From a virus: DNA of 64,000 bases. Of the stretch, positions 47,265-56,977 are shown one piece after another. The translations under genes were made by a program, and so were the position numbers. Location of the stretch: the IMG/VR virus record IMGVR_UViG_3300037504_000682, positions 1-64,000 of that record, one strand, 5' to 3'. Numbering within the stretch: position 1 is the stretch's first letter; every line of letters starts with the position of its first letter. The notes under the pieces were generated by a model, which ran no database searches, had not been told where the DNA came from, and worked only from the letters and a program-made list of their open reading frames with translations.

Positions 47265-47750
47265 CGAAAGGACTCGGAAGATGTCACAGACCGTAAACGT
47301 CACCTCCAGACCGGCCGGCCTCGGCACCCACTGCGACGCCTGGCACCGCAATCCCGACCCCGGCGGCCCGTATCTGGTCCGCTGCCGGCGGACGGCCCGC
47401 CGCCGGCTGGTAATTGTCGACAGCCGGGAGGCCTACACCGTGAAGCGCTGCGACGAGTGTGCCGGCCGGTTGCAAGAGAAGGCCGCTAACGGAGCCACCT
47501 TTGAGATTTTATCTGATGAACCAATCGGAGCATTAGTATGAATACCTACGACGTTGAAGTGAGACGGCAGGGCCAGCTGGTGGCCACGGTACGAACCAAC
47601 GCCGACAGCGGCCTTGAGGCCTGCGACCGGGCCGAACGGAAGATGAAGGCCAGGCCGAAGGCCTGCCACCTGGGAGAAAATGGCAAAACACGAATAGTTT
47701 ACTGGGCCGGGTTCGATACCTGCGCCCGGCAAGTGATAGGAGCGTAACGA

Positions 47751-48923
47751 ATGGGATTTCCAAAATTCAAACAAGATCACAAAGAGCCGATCTTTTGCTG
47801 GCTCTACGGCGTAGCCCGGGGTGGCAAAACCACCCTGGCCCTGGACTTCATCCGGGAAAATCAGCCCGGGGTCGTGATCCCGATGGATCAGCGCTTCGAG
47901 GTCTACCGGGACCTGGCCCTGGCCGAAGGGGTCGATGTCTGGCCGGTCAGTGACCCATCTGACCCAACGGTCTGGGCCAGTGCCGATCACATTATGGAAA
48001 ACCTTCGGCGCAACTTCCCCGGCTCCGGAGCCCGGTCGCTGGTCTGGGACAGTATCAGCCCCGAGTTCCGGCACTGGGTCGAGTGGGCGATGGCCTACGC
48101 CGACAAAACTCCCCAGGAGCGGCAGCAGGCCCTGGGCCCCAAGTTCAAGAATAAGTCGGCCCTGTTCCAGCCGAAGGCTCACTATATGGAGCAGGTGGCG
48201 ATGATCGCCAATTACGGCGTCAGCTGCATCTGGGTCTCCCATGAGCACCAGGGCGGCGACCAGTCCGGCAATCTGGTGATGAAGACCTCGATCACCGACC
48301 AGGAGCGGCTGAAGTTTCAGCGCAACGTCAACCTGGTCTTGAAGGTTCACCTGAACAGCGGTCGCTACGGGGTCGAGATCGAGGAGGCTCGGAACCGGCC
48401 GGAGTTGAACGGCCGGGTGATCTGGGATGAGCCGGGCAATATGTTCAAAGGCGTCTGGAAGCAGATCGAAGCCGCCTTCTACGCGGCCCAGGTGGTCGAC
48501 TGGGACCAGATCGAGCAGTTCGCCTCCGACCGGCAGGCGGCCGATCTGGCGATGGAGCAGACCCGGGAGGTAGACGGCGAGATCGTGACGCCGTTCAAAA
48601 ACGTCCACCACGCCTTAAACGCCCTGGCCCAGGTCAAGGAGAAGACCGGCCACCAGTCCGGGATAGACCTGGCCAAAGCCTGGAAGACCGAGGTCGAGGC
48701 CCGGCTGCAAGCGGCCGCCTCTGACCAGAGCAACCCGCCGGCCTTCAAAACCCTGGAGGACCTCCTGTTCCAGATGCACCTGGAGTTCAACCTCAAGGAA
48801 GGCCCGGCCAAGAAACTGCTCAAGGAACTGGGTTTCACCTCCCTGCCCGCCAACGGCGGACTCCAGGAGCGGCTGGCCGAGATGTACGCGGCCGTTAAGG
48901 AGCATATGGAGGCGCAGCAGTAG
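47751..48923 (+). CDS. Sak4/AAA_24-like recombination ATPase
   Basis: LYGVARGGKTT, LVWDSIS, WVSHE. Confidence 0.75.
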   Translation: MGFPKFKQDHKEPIFCWLYGVARGGKTTLALDFIRENQPGVVIPMDQRFEVYRDLALAEGVDVWPVSDPSDPTVWASADHIMENLRRNFPGSGARSLVWDSISPEFRHWVEWAMAYADKTPQERQQALGPKFKNKSALFQPKAHYMEQVAMIANYGVSCIWVSHEHQGGDQSGNLVMKTSITDQERLKFQRNVNLVLKVHLNSGRYGVEIEEARNRPELNGRVIWDEPGNMFKGVWKQIEAAFYAAQVVDWDQIEQFASDRQAADLAMEQTREVDGEIVTPFKNVHHALNALAQVKEKTGHQSGIDLAKAWKTEVEARLQAAASDQSNPPAFKTLEDLLFQMHLEFNLKEGPAKKLLKELGFTSLPANGGLQERLAEMYAAVKEHMEAQQ

Positions 48924-48989
48924 TCAACCCAAAGGTCCCGGCTTGGCCGGGGCTCAATTGCAACCCTACGTAAGAAAGAGAAGAATAAA

Positions 48990-49940
48990 ATGCCTAAAAC
49001 AATCGTTACTCACACGAACCCTGATCTGGACGCCGTAACGGGCGTCTGGCTGCTCAAGAGATTTCACGCGATGGCCGAGGCCGAGGTTGCTTTTGTCAAC
49101 ACCGGCAACCCTGACCCTGACGTTCTGGCCGAAGCGACCGCCGTGGTCGATACCGGCCGGGAGTTCGATGACAGCCGGCTACGGTTCGACCACCACCACC
49201 TGCCCGGCCAGGCGGCTAACGACACCTGCGCAGCCCGGCAGGTGTACGAGTTTGTGAATTACTTCCTGTATTCCTGGTCCGGCTCCTGGGAGCTGGACTA
49301 CCTGCGGCCGCTCGTTGATCTCGTTTTTGCCGGCGACACCGGCCGGGATGAGGCCAATCAGAGCCGGGAGCTTGGCTTACACGCCATCTTTGCTGGCTAC
49401 AAGTCAAGAATGAAGGACGAAAGCGAAGACGGCCGGGTGTCGGATATGGCCGTCCTGCAGATGGGCTTCAGCTTATTGGACGCCCTGGAGACTCGTCTGC
49501 GCAAGCAGGTCGAGGTCAAGCGAGACCTGGCCCAAAAGGTCGTCTATAAGTCGGACGACGGCCAGGTATGGGGCATCCGGCACGGCACCAGTGGGCACGC
49601 CTTTGCCGCCTACGAGGCCGGGGCGAGGGTGGTTGTGTTTGAGGGTGAGCCGACCGAGGTCGAGGGTGGCACCACTTACCCGGTCGGCATCATGCGGGCC
49701 GGTGAATGGCAGGAGCCCCACGTTGGCGAGTTGGTTGAGACCATCCTGGCCGGCCTTAGAAATTACACGGCAACTGATGGTCAGGCAGAGGCCATTTACT
49801 CTGAGCTTGATAGCTGGTTCAAGCATCCGGCCGGTTTTTTCGCCGGTCGGGGGACGCCCAAGGCTCCGGTATTTGAGCCGGTCGAGATCGACCTGGCCTG
49901 GTTGGCCGCAGAGGTCTCCGACGCCTGGGAGAGAGAGTAA
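48990..49940 (+). CDS. MYG1/DHH-like metal-dependent hydrolase
   Basis: THTNPDLDA, VDTG, FDHH. Confidence 0.7.
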   Translation: MPKTIVTHTNPDLDAVTGVWLLKRFHAMAEAEVAFVNTGNPDPDVLAEATAVVDTGREFDDSRLRFDHHHLPGQAANDTCAARQVYEFVNYFLYSWSGSWELDYLRPLVDLVFAGDTGRDEANQSRELGLHAIFAGYKSRMKDESEDGRVSDMAVLQMGFSLLDALETRLRKQVEVKRDLAQKVVYKSDDGQVWGIRHGTSGHAFAAYEAGARVVVFEGEPTEVEGGTTYPVGIMRAGEWQEPHVGELVETILAGLRNYTATDGQAEAIYSELDSWFKHPAGFFAGRGTPKAPVFEPVEIDLAWLAAEVSDAWERE

Positions 49941-49953
49941 TCAGGAGAAAACG

Positions 49954-50952
49954 ATGATAGGTTATCTGGTAATCTGGCGCATGGCCGACGTGGCCGCGCC
50001 ATACGACGACCTTGAAGAGCTGGCCGGCGCGGTGGGCTTCGACCTGGACTACATCCCCAGCCCGCCGCAGCCCCGCCACGCCTGGGAGAAGGCGACGAAC
50101 CTCAAACGGCAGAAGTTGATCGTGCCGGAGGCCTACACCGCCCAGGTCAAAGCCAAGTACAGTTGCGAGCCGGCGGTGGTAGCCGAGACCAAGATTATCT
50201 CTTCCACCACCCGGCACCTGGTCCGCTACATCATCGTCAAGGGGGCCGACAAGCGGGACAAGCAGCTAGATATGAAGTCGGTGGCCGTCTTGAAGTACGA
50301 CGACGACCGGCTGGACGACGCCGATAAGTTCGTCGGTCTCTACCATCCCGACTACGACCCCAGTGGAGCCACCAACGGCAACATTCCGGCCCTGATCCAC
50401 CGGATGCAGACGGAGTACCAGCGCCAGCTAAGTATGGCCGATGGTCAGGACGTGCGTTACAAAATCCGCTCCTACCTGGAGAAACTGAGCGCCACCTGCC
50501 TGGCCGATGGGACCTACTTCATCCCCGGCGGGGTGGTCGGGGTCCAATCCAAGCTGGATAGCCTCCAGGCCTTTATCCTGGGCCTCCAGGAGTGGAAGGT
50601 GACCGACAGCGCCCTGACCTGCCAGGTCTACAAGGTGGACGACGACGGCAGCGCCATTAGCCAGCGCAACCGGGCCGAGGTGGCCGAGGGGGTGATCCGG
50701 CAGTTCAAGACCCGGCTCACCTCGACGATGGAGGCCCTGACCACGCCTGATAAGCGGGGCCAGCTGGCCACCCAGCGGCGGGTCGAGCAGGCCTCGGCCG
50801 ACTTCCTGGAGATCAAATCATCAATCAAACTGTACCAAGAGACGCTGGGCGAGGAGATGCAAGCCCTGGCCGATATGCTCCATATGTGCCAGACGGCGAT
50901 GTTCACCGCCCACGATAAGCTAGAGGAGAGCACCGATGCACACTCAAATTAA
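49954..50952 (+). CDS. DUF6744-like protein
   Basis: GYLVIW N-terminus, GTYFIP, helical C-terminus; upstream of AAA/VWA pair. Confidence 0.55.
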   Translation: MIGYLVIWRMADVAAPYDDLEELAGAVGFDLDYIPSPPQPRHAWEKATNLKRQKLIVPEAYTAQVKAKYSCEPAVVAETKIISSTTRHLVRYIIVKGADKRDKQLDMKSVAVLKYDDDRLDDADKFVGLYHPDYDPSGATNGNIPALIHRMQTEYQRQLSMADGQDVRYKIRSYLEKLSATCLADGTYFIPGGVVGVQSKLDSLQAFILGLQEWKVTDSALTCQVYKVDDDGSAISQRNRAEVAEGVIRQFKTRLTSTMEALTTPDKRGQLATQRRVEQASADFLEIKSSIKLYQETLGEEMQALADMLHMCQTAMFTAHDKLEESTDAHSN

Positions 50953-52171
50953 TGGTCGTACCATCACACTCACCCAGCCGGCCCGCCCTATTCGCGCCCT
51001 CCTGGCCGGCCGGGCCTGGCAGACCGACGAGCAGCCGGCCGATGGCCCGGCCGACCTGGCCCAGGTATCAAACGACCTGCAAGCCCTGTGGGGTGAGCTT
51101 GAGGCCAAGTTCATCGACCGCTCCGAACTGATCGAGGCCGCCCTGACGGCTCTTGTGGCCGGCGAGCACACCTTCGTCTACGGCCCGCCGGGGACGGCCA
51201 AGACGGCGGTGATCGAGACCCTGGCCGCCGGGATCGGCGGCACCTTTGCCGAGCGGCAGATCACGGCCGAAACCACCACCGACGAGGTATTCGGACCCAT
51301 CGACGCTGTGGCCTTCAGCCAGGGCCAGTACACCCGCCGTTGGGCCGGGATTGCCGTAGCCGACGTCTTCTACATCAACGAGGTCTGGGAGGCCTCCTCG
51401 ACCGTGACTAACATTTTCAAGACGGCGCTTGAGAGCCGCAAGGTCCACGACGGCGACGTGGAGCGGGCCATCCCCCTCCTGTCTGCCATCGCCGACAGCA
51501 ACCACGTCCCGACCGACAAAAACCAGCAGGCCGACTGGGATCGATTCCTGGTCCGGCTGGCGGTGGGCTACATCCGGGACGCGGGCCTGTTTGATCTGAT
51601 GCTGACGGCCGATGCCGGCGGCACCCGGCCCTTCTACCCGGATCTGACCCCGGACCACCTGCGGCTGACGGCCGCCGCCGCTGAGCTGATGGCCCTTAAC
51701 CCGCCGGCCGACCTCAAGGAAGTGCTGGTCAGCCTGTGGCGGGAGCTGGGCCAGAACGGTCGCAGCGTCTCCGACCGGCGCTGGCGAAAGACCCTGAAGC
51801 TGGCCTGTGCGGCCGCCCTACTTGAAGGGGTCGACCCTGAACCGCGCCACCTGGCCGTGGGTCGCTGGACGCTCTGGAACGAGCTGGACGAGCGGGAAGA
51901 GGTGGCCAACCTGGTGATGAGCCAGACCGATCCCCTGGCCGGGGAGGTGCTGGACGCCGAGGCCCTGCTGGCCGATCTCAAAAAGGCCCGGGACAGCATC
52001 GCCCGGGGTGATATGATGGCCCGGCAGGAAGTGATCAGCCGGGGCCGGAAATTGTCGAAGCAGGCTCAGGAATTGATCGACCGGGGAGCCAACGGCTACA
52101 CCGGCCGGCTCCAGACCGTGATCGAGCAGGCGGATCAGGTCTGGGAAGAAGTCCTGGATTGGAAGGTGTAA
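50936..52171 (+). CDS. MoxR/RavA-like AAA+ ATPase
   Basis: GPPGTAKT, EVFGP, DRF, SDRRW. Confidence 0.9.
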   Translation: MHTQINGRTITLTQPARPIRALLAGRAWQTDEQPADGPADLAQVSNDLQALWGELEAKFIDRSELIEAALTALVAGEHTFVYGPPGTAKTAVIETLAAGIGGTFAERQITAETTTDEVFGPIDAVAFSQGQYTRRWAGIAVADVFYINEVWEASSTVTNIFKTALESRKVHDGDVERAIPLLSAIADSNHVPTDKNQQADWDRFLVRLAVGYIRDAGLFDLMLTADAGGTRPFYPDLTPDHLRLTAAAAELMALNPPADLKEVLVSLWRELGQNGRSVSDRRWRKTLKLACAAALLEGVDPEPRHLAVGRWTLWNELDEREEVANLVMSQTDPLAGEVLDAEALLADLKKARDSIARGDMMARQEVISRGRKLSKQAQELIDRGANGYTGRLQTVIEQADQVWEEVLDWKV

Positions 52172-52172
52172 G

Positions 52173-53729
52173 ATGACCAGACTGTGGCGAATTAAGGACG
52201 TTGAATCGATCTTTGAGGCCAACCGCTTCGATCTGGCCGACTACCGCCAGGCGGTGGGAGCTTACCCCCGCCTCTCGACGGCAAACAGCCGGGCCCGGGA
52301 TGAGCTGGGCGGCGGCCAGCCGGCTCAGGACGCCTTCCTGGACCTGTACAAGGCGGCTCCCCGCCTGGCCGAACCCTGCCCAGCTGCCCTCTCCGGTCTG
52401 CGGCAGCTGGTCGAGCGGGGCCGGCAGACCCCGGAGTACCAGAAGCTCCGGGCCGGCAGCGTGGGCGATCTGGTCAGCGCGGCGGTGGGGGCCGAGGTCT
52501 ACGTCGACCGGGTGATGAAGCACCTGCCCGATGAGGTCAAAGAGGCGATCAAGCAGCAGTCGGTCGCCCAGAAGAAGGCCGACGAGGCCCACCGGCAGGC
52601 CCAGGCGGCCCGAGATTTCTCCGAGCTGCTGGGGCAGATAATGGAGCAGACCGACGACCCGGCCCGCCTGCGGGATTACGAGCAGCAGCTGCCGCAGGCC
52701 ACCTATCAACAAGAAGCGGCCGAGGCCCGGGCCCAGGAGATGCAGGCGGCAGCCGACGAGTTTAAGGCCGCAGCCGATGAGGCAATGGCCGGCCACGAGG
52801 CCCAGGTCACCGCCGCCCTCAACCAGGCCGCCGGCCAGGCGGCCCAGGAGGGACAGCAGGTCAGCCAGGTGGTGCGAGGCTTCAGCCAGGCCGCCGGCGG
52901 AAGCGGGGAGTACGTCGACCCTGAGCAGGTCCGGGGCGTTATGGACCTGATGGCCCGTCAGCCCAACCTCCAGGAGCTGGCCGAGCTTCTGGGCTGGGCC
53001 CGGCGGATGGTCCGGGCCGAGTGGCGAAAGAGCCCCCGGGGCCGGACGGAGCTGACCGGCTACCGCAAGCAGGCCCTGGTCCCGTCCCGGATGGCCACGG
53101 CCGAGATGGCCCGGATGGTTTCGCCGGCGGCAGCGATCCGCCAGGACTGGCAGCGGCGGGCGGTCGATAACGCCATTATGCACCGCCAGTATGAAGGCGA
53201 GAGCCAGGAGGGCCGGGGGCCGCTGGTGATGGTCCGGGATGAGAGCGGCTCGATGGAGGGAGCGCCCCACGCCCTGGCCGTGGCCCTGGAGTGGGCCCTG
53301 CTGGAGATCGCCCGGCGGGACGGCCGGCCGTTTGTCTGCATCCCCTTCTCGGGGGCGGGGCAGTCTGAAATCTGGCGAGCCCCGGAGGCGGGCAAGCCGG
53401 ATATGGAGAGCCTGCTTCACCACCTGGGTCACTTCTACGGCGGTGGGACCGAGCCGTATAACCCACTGGCGGCGGCCCTGGATGTGATCGAGGCGGATGA
53501 CCTGAAGGCCGACGTGCTGCTGCTCACCGATGCCGACTTTGCCTCACCCCCGGCCGACTTTATGGAGCGACTGGACGAGGTTCGCTCCGGCCGGCCGGTT
53601 AAGATGGTCTCGGTCGTGATTGGGGCCGGGGGCCATCAGGCCCGGAAGTTCAGCGACAAGGTCATTTTTGTGGGTGACCTACTGGCCGACCGGGAGAAGC
53701 TGGCCGGGGCTGTGGGGGGGGTGGTCTAG
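52173..53729 (+). CDS. ViaA-like VWA protein
   Basis: MIDAS DESGS, GGTE, LLTDA. Confidence 0.9.
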   Translation: MTRLWRIKDVESIFEANRFDLADYRQAVGAYPRLSTANSRARDELGGGQPAQDAFLDLYKAAPRLAEPCPAALSGLRQLVERGRQTPEYQKLRAGSVGDLVSAAVGAEVYVDRVMKHLPDEVKEAIKQQSVAQKKADEAHRQAQAARDFSELLGQIMEQTDDPARLRDYEQQLPQATYQQEAAEARAQEMQAAADEFKAAADEAMAGHEAQVTAALNQAAGQAAQEGQQVSQVVRGFSQAAGGSGEYVDPEQVRGVMDLMARQPNLQELAELLGWARRMVRAEWRKSPRGRTELTGYRKQALVPSRMATAEMARMVSPAAAIRQDWQRRAVDNAIMHRQYEGESQEGRGPLVMVRDESGSMEGAPHALAVALEWALLEIARRDGRPFVCIPFSGAGQSEIWRAPEAGKPDMESLLHHLGHFYGGGTEPYNPLAAALDVIEADDLKADVLLLTDADFASPPADFMERLDEVRSGRPVKMVSVVIGAGGHQARKFSDKVIFVGDLLADREKLAGAVGGVV

Positions 53730-53992
53730 TGCCTCTCCTGAACTACAGGTTCGCAACTGCGAACATCGGCCTCAACCTCGGTCAGGCCCTGGAGGACTAT
53801 TGGACCAGGTTTGGACAGGAGCCCCGGGGCATCGTGGTTAACCAGAAGCAGCTGGCCGAGGCCCAGGCTTACACCCGGAAGATCAGACTGCCGGAAAACG
53901 TGACCATCTCCGGCAGCGGCGGCTGCTTTACGTGTGAAGTGTGGCTGGAGACGAATGGCGACCAAACGAACGGGAGAGGCCCTGATGGATGA
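53729..53992 (+). CDS. Small hypothetical protein
   Basis: Similar pattern to 932-1138. Confidence 0.5.
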   Translation: MPLLNYRFATANIGLNLGQALEDYWTRFGQEPRGIVVNQKQLAEAQAYTRKIRLPENVTISGSGGCFTCEVWLETNGDQTNGRGPDG

Positions 53993-54401
53993 TAGACATC
54001 TGACCATAGAGGATGCAAAAAGGATCATAAAAACTGGAGTGCCCGGGGCTGTGACCATTACCCAGATCATACACGGAAGGCCCATCAGCTGGTGGACGCC
54101 GGCCATAAACGAGATACCCATCAGTTCAACTGGCGATGTTTTGCAGTTCAGCAACCCGAGCGACGCCCTGGATAAGGCAATCGAGCTACAAAAAGAGGCC
54201 ATAGCCAGGCGGGAAGTCGAGGAGGGCTCACCATGAACGGATTCACCGTTTATCTTGTCGTCGGCAGGTGGGCAAAACCCGGTGTCGCTATCGACGGGAA
54301 CGTATTACGGATTGTTCTCGGCTTTATCGCCATTGGCTTTATGCTAACCGACCTTGAAGTCTTTATGGGAGAAATCCTGGACGTATTGGAGGAGAAAACC
54401 A

Positions 54402-54707
54402 ATGGTTAAACCTGCTCACCACGTCGAACCAGAGGTTCTGGTCGAAAATCAAACCCACAAAATCTTTGCCAAAGGTGGCCGGCTATTCAAGATCGAGTAT
54501 ATCCGGGGCCAGGAGCAGGACCGGCCAGAAGACATTATTTTCTGGATTTGGACCGCGAACGGCTGGCGACTTTTTGACTCCCTGAAGGGTTGGCCTGATC
54601 AAGCTATTTATACCCTGGCCGGCCTGATAGTCGAATTGACCGACCAGGCCATTACCGTCTCAGGTTCTGACCATTCCGTAGAAATCTACAAGGAGCTTTT
54701 GCAATGA
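54402..54707 (+). CDS. Hypothetical protein
   Basis: SD GGAGGAG; coupled to DHH gene. Confidence 0.55.
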   Translation: MVKPAHHVEPEVLVENQTHKIFAKGGRLFKIEYIRGQEQDRPEDIIFWIWTANGWRLFDSLKGWPDQAIYTLAGLIVELTDQAITVSGSDHSVEIYKELLQ

Positions 54708-55513
54708 TCTGCATTTACCACGCCGATTGCCCGGACGGCTTCGGAGCCGCCTGGGTGGTCAACCGCTGGGCCCGGCAAAATGAGGTATCGGTCAGGTTCA
54801 TTCCGGCTGCCTACGGCGACGAACCTCCCGACGTGGCCGGCCAGGAGGTGGTCATCGTCGACTTCTGGTATCCCCGGGACGTCCTCCTGGAGATACACCG
54901 CCAGGCCAAAAGCCTGATCGTCCTGGACCACCACGACGGGGCCAGAGAGGCCCTGGCTGGCCTGGAGTTCGTTCGGGTCGGCGACCAGGCTGGCTGCATG
55001 ATGGCCTGGGGCCATTTCTTTTACGGCTGCGAGCCGCCGCTCTTTTTGGAGTACATCCAGGAAGGCGACCTGTACCGCTGGAAGCTGGATCACTCCCGGG
55101 AAGTCTACGCGGCCATCTGTAGCTACCGCCAGGATTTCAACCTGTGGAGCAAGTGGGAGAGCCGGGGCGCGGTCTACCGCCTGGCCGAGGAGGGCCGGGC
55201 CATTATGCGGGAGCGAAACAACCAGATCGCCAAGCTCGCAAACGGCCCGGTGGTCCGGGTCGAGATCGGCGGCTACAACGTGCCGTGCGTCAACGCGCCC
55301 CACTTCCTGGCCAGCGATTTGTGCAATCTGCTGGCCGTAGGTGAGCCGTTTGCCGCCAGCTACTGCGACGAGGCCAACCACCGCCGCTTCAGCCTGCGGG
55401 CCACTGCTGCCAGCGGAGTCCACGTTAACCAGGTGGCCCGGCTCTACGGCGGCGACGGCCACGAGCGGGCGGCGGGATTTACCATCAAGAAACCTGAAAT
55501 TTTGGGAGGATAA
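54704..55513 (+). CDS. DHH/DHHA1 phosphoesterase (homolog of 2244-3131)
   Basis: IYHADCPDG, IVDF, LDHH, LAVGEPFAASY, YGGDGH. Confidence 0.9.
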   Translation: MICIYHADCPDGFGAAWVVNRWARQNEVSVRFIPAAYGDEPPDVAGQEVVIVDFWYPRDVLLEIHRQAKSLIVLDHHDGAREALAGLEFVRVGDQAGCMMAWGHFFYGCEPPLFLEYIQEGDLYRWKLDHSREVYAAICSYRQDFNLWSKWESRGAVYRLAEEGRAIMRERNNQIAKLANGPVVRVEIGGYNVPCVNAPHFLASDLCNLLAVGEPFAASYCDEANHRRFSLRATAASGVHVNQVARLYGGDGHERAAGFTIKKPEILGG

Positions 55514-55627
55514 CGTGACTATTATCGTTGGCGCGATTTGTGGCTTGGTCGGCCTAATCGACGGCTTTGTGGTCGGCTTTACGGCCGGCTCCGACACGGC
55601 CACAGACGAAAACAGGAGAAAGTATCA

Positions 55628-55957
55628 ATGAAACAGGCGATTATGAACCTCGATGACCAAATGGTCATCAAAAAACTCAACGAGCTGGGCTTGTATGACC
55701 TCTTCCACGAACAGGCCGGCCGGGCCCAGGGGCCGGATCGGGACGTAGTGATGGAGCATCAGGAGGACGATACCATTTATTGGTTCGTGCTCCACAAAAA
55801 CTACACCGATCCCAAAGACAACGGCTACCTGATGATCCACCTCTCTGGCGCTTCAGGCGACCGGGAGGCGGTCGAGGTCGTCCGGCAGTCCTTTGAAGCT
55901 CTGAGCAAAACACCCATCGAACCGCTCTACGTCGATGAGCCGGGCAAGAGAAACTGA
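55628..55957 (+). CDS. Hypothetical protein
   Basis: SD AGGAG. Confidence 0.55.
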   Translation: MKQAIMNLDDQMVIKKLNELGLYDLFHEQAGRAQGPDRDVVMEHQEDDTIYWFVLHKNYTDPKDNGYLMIHLSGASGDREAVEVVRQSFEALSKTPIEPLYVDEPGKRN

Positions 55958-56000
55958 AACGTCCGTTCTGTGATATAATAAGCGCAACCAGGAGGAAGCT

Positions 56001-56261
56001 ATGGACAATCCCCTTGCCATCAAATGGTCCCCGCTCCAGCGGGCCCAGAACGTAGTGACCAATCTTGAGCAGCGCGGCCTCCGGATCGACCAGCCTCACC
56101 GCAGCGACCTGGTCGCCCTGGTGCTTCACGAGATCACCCAGGCCGAAGAGGAGGCCCGCCGGCAGGAGCGGCGCAAGATCGCGGCCGAGTGGCTGGTCGA
56201 AAGCCTGCCGGCCGACGTACTGCAAATGGCCGCCGAGCGGGTCACCGCTCAGGAGTGGTGA
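56001..56261 (+). CDS. Hypothetical protein with own promoter
   Basis: TGnTATAAT at 55971-55979; SD AGGAGG. Confidence 0.65.
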   Translation: MDNPLAIKWSPLQRAQNVVTNLEQRGLRIDQPHRSDLVALVLHEITQAEEEARRQERRKIAAEWLVESLPADVLQMAAERVTAQEW

Positions 56262-56442
56262 GAAAGGCCTGGGCCAGTTCGGCCAGCGACCCGGGCCGGA
56301 TTCCGGCCAGGGTGGCCCGTTCCTGATCGGAGAGGTCGAAGTCCTGGCCGGATCCGGCCGGATCCCCCAGCAGCTGCCGGCAGAAGGCCGGGTCAACCAG
56401 GGCCTGGGCGAATAATTTGGCGAGTTCTCTGCTTGGTTCCAT
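56242..56442 (-). CDS. NHLP-leader-like small protein
   Basis: AQALVDPAFCRQLLGDP...FDLSDQERATL. Confidence 0.55.
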   Translation of the reverse strand: MEPSRELAKLFAQALVDPAFCRQLLGDPAGSGQDFDLSDQERATLAGIRPGSLAELAQAFLTTPER

Positions 56443-56522
56443 AGGGCCAGTCTAGCCCCGGCCGGTCACCGAAAGAGGCTCTTTTCTGCCGGCCGGGGCG
56501 ACAAATCAAAAGGCGTTAAATT

Positions 56523-56846
56523 CAAAATAGGCCGGCTTATTTTGTGACAGCCACCAAGGAAATTACTGGTCGCTAAATGCAAGATAAGCCGGCCTTTTTG
56601 TGTGGTCGTTCGTCAGAAATTATCAGCCGGTAAACCAGGGATAGCGCCAACTAATTTCTCTGGCCACAGGAGAGAAATAGTGGCGACTAAAGGCGGGCTT
56701 ATTTCTCTCTCTTGTCCACACGAATTACCGGAGCCTATTCTGGAAATAGCCCAGTTTATTTTCTCCCGGCCACCCGAGAAAATAACGGCCATTAATCGCC
56801 GGTTAAGCCGCTCTATTTTCTCCCGGGCCGGACGAGAAAAATAAAC
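56523..56846. repeat. Array of inverted GAAAATA/TATTTTC motifs
   Basis: At least 10 alternating half-sites forming several hairpins. Confidence 0.7.
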
Positions 56847-56847
56847 G

Positions 56848-56971
56848 TTGCAAAGTCGGAACAAACGTGCTACACTACTGTCAGCGGCGGGAGTCCAGTG
56901 CGGGCTACCCCGCCGCTTACAATTTTAAAGGCCCTCGGACACCCCGTCGCCGTCCGAGGGTCGTTTTTTTT
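56848..56971 (+). promoter_or_regulatory. Late promoter with two-hairpin leader and terminator
   Basis: TTGCAA-17-TACACT; hairpin 56883-56917; CCCTCGGAC/GTCCGAGGG plus T-run. Confidence 0.75.
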
Positions 56972-56977
56972 GTACTT

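Noticed and set aside
56520-56846. CRISPR array
   Set aside because: No constant direct repeat with regular spacers; no cas genes.
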